11,000 nucleotides of DNA, from contig JANPJS010000206.1 of assembly GCA_031425655.1 (NCBI GenBank), forward strand, positions 1 through 11,000, in the 5' to 3' direction. Positions within the stretch are counted from its first letter, which is position 1. Every line of letters begins with the position of its first letter. The notes under the pieces were generated by a model. That model had not been told where the DNA came from, ran no database searches, and worked only from the letters and a program-made list of their open reading frames with translations. The stretch is from Abditibacteriaceae bacterium. GTDB lineage: Bacteria > Armatimonadota > Abditibacteriia > Abditibacteriales > Abditibacteriaceae. The position numbers were made by a program, and so were the translations under genes. Below are positions 7,027 to 11,000 of the stretch, in pieces.

Positions 7027-8541
7027 ATGACTTCCCCGGTAAGTCCCCCTTTTGAAGAGTTTTTGAAACTGTCCGCGCAGGGCAATCTGGTTCCCGTTTA
7101 CAGTGAAGTTTTGGCCGATCTGGAAACGCCGGTTTCGGCCTTTTTGAAGCTGCGCGCCCATTTTGGCGCCGAGGCTCCGGCATTTTTGCTGGAAAGCGTC
7201 GAAGGCGGCGAAAGTATGGCGCGCTACTCGTTTTTGGGCATCGGCGGGCGCGCTTTGCTGAAAACTCAGGGCCGCGAAGTTTCGATGCGAGAAGGCGAAA
7301 CGGAAACTCATTCGACGCTGCCCACAGGCCGCGACCCGCTGCACGCTGTCGAAGATTTGATGGCGCGCTTTCGCTTCGTGCCCTCGCCGGATTTGCCACG
7401 TTTTTGCGGCGGCGCCGTCGGTTTTCTGGGCTACGATTTAGTGCGCTTTTTCGAGCGATTGCCGGACGCTCCGACCGACGACCGCAACCTTCCCGATGTG
7501 GAAATTTTGCTCACCGATACGCTGCTGATTTTCGATTCAGTGCGGCATTCGATCAAGGTTTTGAATAACGCTTTCATCGCTGAAGGCGGCGATATTCGCG
7601 CGGCTTACGACGAAGCGGCGCGCAAAATCCGCGACGTTTTGGGCGCTTTAGAGCGTGAACCGGTGCCCGCCGCGCGTTTGCCGGTCACGCTGGCCGAAGA
7701 GCCGCAGGCGCAAAGCAACATGACGCGCGAGCAATATGAAGCCGCCGTCGAAAAGTGCCGAGAATATATTCATGCCGGCGACTGCGTGCAAGTTGTGCCG
7801 TCGCAGCGGTTTTCCGTTCCGCTCAAAGGCGATCCGTTTCAGGTTTATCGCGCACTTCGCCACATCAGCCCGGCGCCGTATAACTTTTATCTGCATTTCG
7901 CCGACGTGCAGCTTATCGGCGCTTCGCCGGAAATTCTCGTCACGGAAACCGACGGGCACGTCGTGACGCGGCCTTTAGCCGGCACGCGCAAACGTGGCGC
8001 GACTATGGAAGAAGACCGCGCTTTAGCCACCGAGCTTTTGGCCGACCCGAAAGAGCGCGCCGAACACGTCATGTTGGTGGATTTGGGCCGCAACGACTTG
8101 GGCCGCGTGTGCGAATACGGCAGCGTGCGCGTGGACGAGGACAAGTTCATGGTCGTCGAGCGTTATTCGCACGTTATGCACATCGCTTCGGACGTGACGG
8201 GCACGCTGCGCGCCGACAAAACGCAGTTCGACGTGCTGCGCGCCGCTTTTCCCGCCGGCACGCTGTCGGGCGCGCCGAAAGTGCGCGCCATGCAAATCAT
8301 TGACGAAGTCGAGCCGACGCGACGCGGGCCATACGGCGGCGCCATCGGCTATTTTTCCTTCAGCGGCAATTTGGATAATTGCATCGCGCTGCGCACCATC
8401 GTGGTGAAAGACGGCATGGCTTATGTTCAAGCCGGCGCCGGCGTGGTCGCCGACAGCGTGCCCGCAGACGAATACGAAGAAACCGTCAACAAAGCCAAAG
8501 CCGCTCTGCGCGCCATCGCGCTGGCTGAGCAGGCGCGATAA
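7027..8541 (+). CDS. trpE: Anthranilate synthase component I
   Basis: ADLETPVSAFLKL, FLLESVEGG, ARYSFLG, PRFCGGAVGFLGYD, GASPEILV, RPLAGTRKRG, KERAEHVMLVDLGRNDLGRV, YSHVMH, FPAGTLSGAPKVRAMQII, QAGAGVVADS. Start placed at ATG 7027, because the ATG at 6976 lies inside the repeat. Confidence 0.92.
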   Translation: MTSPVSPPFEEFLKLSAQGNLVPVYSEVLADLETPVSAFLKLRAHFGAEAPAFLLESVEGGESMARYSFLGIGGRALLKTQGREVSMREGETETHSTLPTGRDPLHAVEDLMARFRFVPSPDLPRFCGGAVGFLGYDLVRFFERLPDAPTDDRNLPDVEILLTDTLLIFDSVRHSIKVLNNAFIAEGGDIRAAYDEAARKIRDVLGALEREPVPAARLPVTLAEEPQAQSNMTREQYEAAVEKCREYIHAGDCVQVVPSQRFSVPLKGDPFQVYRALRHISPAPYNFYLHFADVQLIGASPEILVTETDGHVVTRPLAGTRKRGATMEEDRALATELLADPKERAEHVMLVDLGRNDLGRVCEYGSVRVDEDKFMVVERYSHVMHIASDVTGTLRADKTQFDVLRAAFPAGTLSGAPKVRAMQIIDEVEPTRRGPYGGAIGYFSFSGNLDNCIALRTIVVKDGMAYVQAGAGVVADSVPADEYEETVNKAKAALRAIALAEQAR

Positions 8542-8638
8542 ATGCAAAATTAAAAATGCAAAATGCAAAAATGGGGCTTCGCGGGGAGCGTTATGTAATA
8601 GCTTCGGTTTTTGCCTTTTTAATTTTGCATTTTGCATT
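8540..8638. repeat. AT-rich inverted repeat with arms of tandem heptamers (AAAATGC)n
   Basis: Left a-aatgc-aaaatta-aaaatgc-aaaatgc-aaaaa (8540-8571); right tttttgcctttttaattttgcattttgcatt (8608-8638). 8540-8563 pairs with 8609-8632 at 23/24. Confidence 0.9.
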
Positions 8639-8642
8639 GAAT

Positions 8643-8648
8643 GGAGGT
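8643..8648 (+). promoter_or_regulatory. Strong Shine-Dalgarno sequence of the Uma2-family gene
   Basis: GGAGGT lies 5 nt upstream of ATG 8654. Confidence 0.8.
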
Positions 8649-8653
8649 GCGAA

Positions 8654-9214
8654 ATGAGCGTTGCAGTCAAAGAAAACGCGACTGACGAATTGATCGAGCA
8701 GCTTTACCAAATTGACGGCAAAGCCGAAATCGTGAATGGAGAAATACTTCGTATGAGTCCAACCGGAGGAATGCCGGGCGAAGCCGGTGTGGGAATAGTT
8801 GCCAGCCTTCGCAGCTACGCGAGGCGCATAGGATCAGGGCGGGCCGTGCCCGATAACGTGGCATTCATCGTCAATTTGCCCAATCGGAAGTCGTTTAGCC
8901 CGGATGCCGCGTTTTGGACGGGCGCCGCGCCGACAATGCGTTTTTACGAAGGCGCGCCGGTTTTTGCCGTCGAGGTGCGCAGCGAAAACGATTGCGGGCC
9001 AAAAGCCGACCGCGCCATCGCCCTAAAACGCGCCGATTATTTCGCCGCCGGCACCTTAGTGGTGTGGGATGTGGACTTGTTAGGCGACGATGTCGTCAAA
9101 AGCTATCGCTCCGACGAGCCGCAAAGCCCACGCATCTTTCGACGCGGCGAAATGGCCGATGCCGAACCCGCCGTGCTCGGTTGGAGCCTGCCCGTAGACG
9201 AATTATTCGCTTGA
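8654..9214 (+). CDS. Uma2 family (DUF820) putative restriction-endonuclease-fold protein, 186 aa
   Basis: KAEIVNGEILRMSP, FSPDAAF, PVFAVEVRSEND, KRADYFAAGTLVVWDVD, GWSLPVDELFA; strong SD before ATG 8654. Confidence 0.9.
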   Translation: MSVAVKENATDELIEQLYQIDGKAEIVNGEILRMSPTGGMPGEAGVGIVASLRSYARRIGSGRAVPDNVAFIVNLPNRKSFSPDAAFWTGAAPTMRFYEGAPVFAVEVRSENDCGPKADRAIALKRADYFAAGTLVVWDVDLLGDDVVKSYRSDEPQSPRIFRRGEMADAEPAVLGWSLPVDELFA

Positions 9215-9219
9215 AAATT

Positions 9220-9414
9220 ATGCAACCGCCAAAACCCAGAAAGAAATTTAAAATAGACCGTTTAACCATCGAATTGGCGGTCATGACCGTGCTGTTTTTC
9301 GGCCTCATCCTCGGCGTGCAGGCGTTGCAGGGCAACGCATCGAAGCCTCAATATAACCCGCTCGCCATGATCTGGGGCACGGCGCAGATGATTATGGCGC
9401 TACGCGGGCAATGA
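9220..9414 (+). CDS. Hypothetical small membrane protein (64 aa)
   Basis: ATG 5 nt after the Uma2 stop; basic N-terminus (MQPPKPRKKFKIDR), hydrophobic LAVMTVLFFGLILGV, a second apolar segment PLAMIWGTAQMIMAL; codon usage fits the host. Confidence 0.65.
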   Translation: MQPPKPRKKFKIDRLTIELAVMTVLFFGLILGVQALQGNASKPQYNPLAMIWGTAQMIMALRGQ

Positions 9415-9541
9415 TTTAAGAACCAACACATCGCGTTGAACGCGCCTTGCTGATCGCGGCGGGCTTTGTAAGTTGATGGGCCAAGCGGGCGTTTTTCCGC
9501 TCGCGCTAATCGCGCACTCGCCCGTCATAGCGAAAGAAAAC

Positions 9542-10036
9542 ATGAATCAACAAATGACTTTAGACGGTATTCAAACTACCGATCCACCCAACCACCCAAC
9601 CACCGCCGTCATATTTTGCGACGGCGCGTGTTCGGGCAATCCCGGCCCCGGCGGGTGGGGCTGCATCGTCGAAATCGGCGATGCGCGGCGCGAGTTTTCC
9701 GGCGGACAGCAACGCACTACCAACAACCAGATGGAATTGCAGGCGCTCATCGAAGGCTTGCGCCAGGTGCCGTCCGGGGCGCGCGTGCGCGTGGTGACCG
9801 ATTCGGAATATGTGGCCAAAGGCGTCACCAGTTGGCTGAAGGGCTGGGTCAAAAACGGCTGGAAAACGGCGGCGAAAAAGCCGGTCAAGAATCAGGAATT
9901 GTGGCAGCAAATCCAGGAACTCACCGCCACGCGCCCGGTGAAAATGGAATGGGTGCGCGGCCACGCCGGCCACGCCGAAAACGAGCGCTGCGACGAATTG
10001 GCGCGCGGCGAAATCGGCCAGTTAACGCGCCGTTAA
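9542..10036 (+). CDS. rnhA: Ribonuclease HI
   Basis: IFCDGACSGNPGPGGWG, TTNNQMEL, TDSEYV, WVKNGWKTAAKKPVKNQELWQ, WVRGHAGHAENERCDELA. Start could be 9542 or 9554. Confidence 0.96.
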   Translation: MNQQMTLDGIQTTDPPNHPTTAVIFCDGACSGNPGPGGWGCIVEIGDARREFSGGQQRTTNNQMELQALIEGLRQVPSGARVRVVTDSEYVAKGVTSWLKGWVKNGWKTAAKKPVKNQELWQQIQELTATRPVKMEWVRGHAGHAENERCDELARGEIGQLTRR

Positions 10037-10066
10037 AAGCCGCGTTGTATCCTCTTTAAACCATCA

Positions 10067-10840
10067 ATGGATATTGTGAATTCTCCGAATTTTTCTCTGC
10101 AAGACCGCGTGGCGCTGATTACCGGCGCCGGACGCGGCATAGGACAAGGCATCGCGCGCGGATTGGCCAGCCAGGGCTGCGCCATAGCGATTCAGGATAT
10201 TGATCTCGATGCGGCCCAAACTGCCGTGGACGAAATCCGCGAAAACGGCGGCCAAGCCATCGCTTTGGGCGGCGATATTGGCGATTTGGCGCTGCCCGAA
10301 CAGCTTGTCGAAGCCACACGCCGCGAATTGGGCGGGTTGCACGTTATCGTCAACAACGCGGCGATTCAAAAGCAGGAAAACTGGCTCGAAACCACGGCGC
10401 AGGAAATGGAGCGGCAATGGCGCGCCGATGTCATCGCGCCGGTTCGGCTTTGCCAACTGGCGGTGCCGATTTTCCGCGAGCAAAAATGGGGACGCATTCT
10501 CAACCTCGGCTCGATTCAAGGCAAAGGCGGCAATCCGAGCATGATGCCTTACGCCATGAGCAAAGCCGCGCTGGAAAACATGACGCGAGGCTTGGCGCGC
10601 GAACTTGGCCCGGATGGCATCACGGTGAACATGATCTCGCCGGGCTATTTCAACACCTGGCGCAACCGCGACCAGTTTCAAACGCCCGAAGACATCGAAA
10701 AGCGTGGCCAATGGCTGCCGCTGCGGCGCGTCGGCGACCCGGAAGATTGCGCCGGCATCGCGCTGCTTTTGTGCAGCGATGCCGGAAGTTACATCACCGG
10801 CCAGAACATTTATGTGGACGGCGGCATGAGCGCCCGTTGA
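10067..10840 (+). CDS. Short-chain dehydrogenase/reductase (classical SDR), substrate unknown
   Basis: TGAGRGIG, VNNAA, catalytic S...YAMSK, GITVNMISPG, YITGQNIYVDGG. Confidence 0.93.
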   Translation: MDIVNSPNFSLQDRVALITGAGRGIGQGIARGLASQGCAIAIQDIDLDAAQTAVDEIRENGGQAIALGGDIGDLALPEQLVEATRRELGGLHVIVNNAAIQKQENWLETTAQEMERQWRADVIAPVRLCQLAVPIFREQKWGRILNLGSIQGKGGNPSMMPYAMSKAALENMTRGLARELGPDGITVNMISPGYFNTWRNRDQFQTPEDIEKRGQWLPLRRVGDPEDCAGIALLLCSDAGSYITGQNIYVDGGMSAR

Positions 10841-10871
10841 AAACCTTGCACAGCGCGGAGAAGCTGTCTGA

Positions 10872-10886
10872 GAGACTGTTTGAAAA
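10872..10886 (+). mobile_element. Possible left terminal inverted repeat of a MITE/IS (IS1182/IS5-like end motif)
   Basis: GAGACTGTTTGAAAA resembles the GAG(A/G)CTGTTNNAAAA ends I recall for IS1182/IS5-type elements. No partner repeat lies inside the window. Confidence 0.4.
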
Positions 10887-10929
10887 GTCGGTATAAAGCC
10901 TGAGAAACGGGAAAAAGTGAGAGGTGTGT

Positions 10930-11000
10930 CATTCTGAGCTTGCGAAGAATCTCGGCGTGATCGCGGCTCTTACGCCGAGATTCTTCGCAAGCTCAGAATG
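10930..11000. repeat. Perfect 29-bp inverted repeat (GTCATTCTGAG...GAAGAATCT-type palindromic repeat), cut by the window edge
   Basis: 10930-10958 cattctgagcttgcgaagaatctcggcgt and 10972-11000 acgccgagattcttcgcaagctcagaatg; 13-nt spacer. Confidence 0.92.

Noticed and set aside
8423..8653. KCKIKNAKCKN / FCLFNFAFCI Cys-rich N-terminus on Uma2 (and the mirror peptide in ORF 8023..8670 on the minus strand)
   Set aside because: Translation of the heptamer repeat; the strong SD marks ATG 8654 as the start.
8738..8839. Diversity-generating retroelement variable region in Uma2
   Set aside because: No template repeat or reverse transcriptase in the window, and no second copy to show adenine-specific differences.
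374..10711. Numerous minus-strand and alternative-frame ORFs (e.g. 3252..3833, 4360..5112, 10064..10711)
   Set aside because: They are shadows of well-supported + strand genes in GC-rich DNA and show no recognisable motifs.
10905..10913. aaacgggaa matching the start of the 2214 element
   Set aside because: Only 9 nt with no tandem continuation; compatible with chance.
2214..11000. CRISPR array or tRNA/rRNA interpretation of the repeats
   Set aside because: Repeats are inverted pairs, not regularly spaced direct repeats; no cas genes, cloverleaf or rRNA motifs were seen.

Overview
GC-rich bacterial chromosomal window with every credible gene on the + strand. It holds a tightly coupled cytochrome c maturation and tetrapyrrole cluster (ccmB-ccmC-ccmD-sirC/Met8-like-hemA-hemX/ccsA-like-hemC), followed by an AI-2E family transporter, a stand-alone trpE, a Uma2-family (PD-(D/E)xK) nuclease-like gene, a 64-aa putative membrane protein, rnhA and an SDR oxidoreductase. 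The proteins are mostly housekeeping. The unusual content is intergenic: four long inverted-repeat elements, unrelated in sequence, and a fifth partial one. These are an octamer-repeat-armed hairpin whose mismatches are all G-U compatible (2214-2336), a REPIN-like doublet with compensatory changes and cGNAg triloops (6842-6982), an AT-rich heptamer-armed hairpin (8540-8638), a perfect 29-bp palindrome behind an IS-like terminal motif (10872-11000), and a heptamer repeat at the ccmB 5' end (115-146). Three of them start at or within a few nt of the upstream stop codon. The first ~115 nt look like low-quality sequence. All protein calls come from motif recognition by eye; no searches were run.
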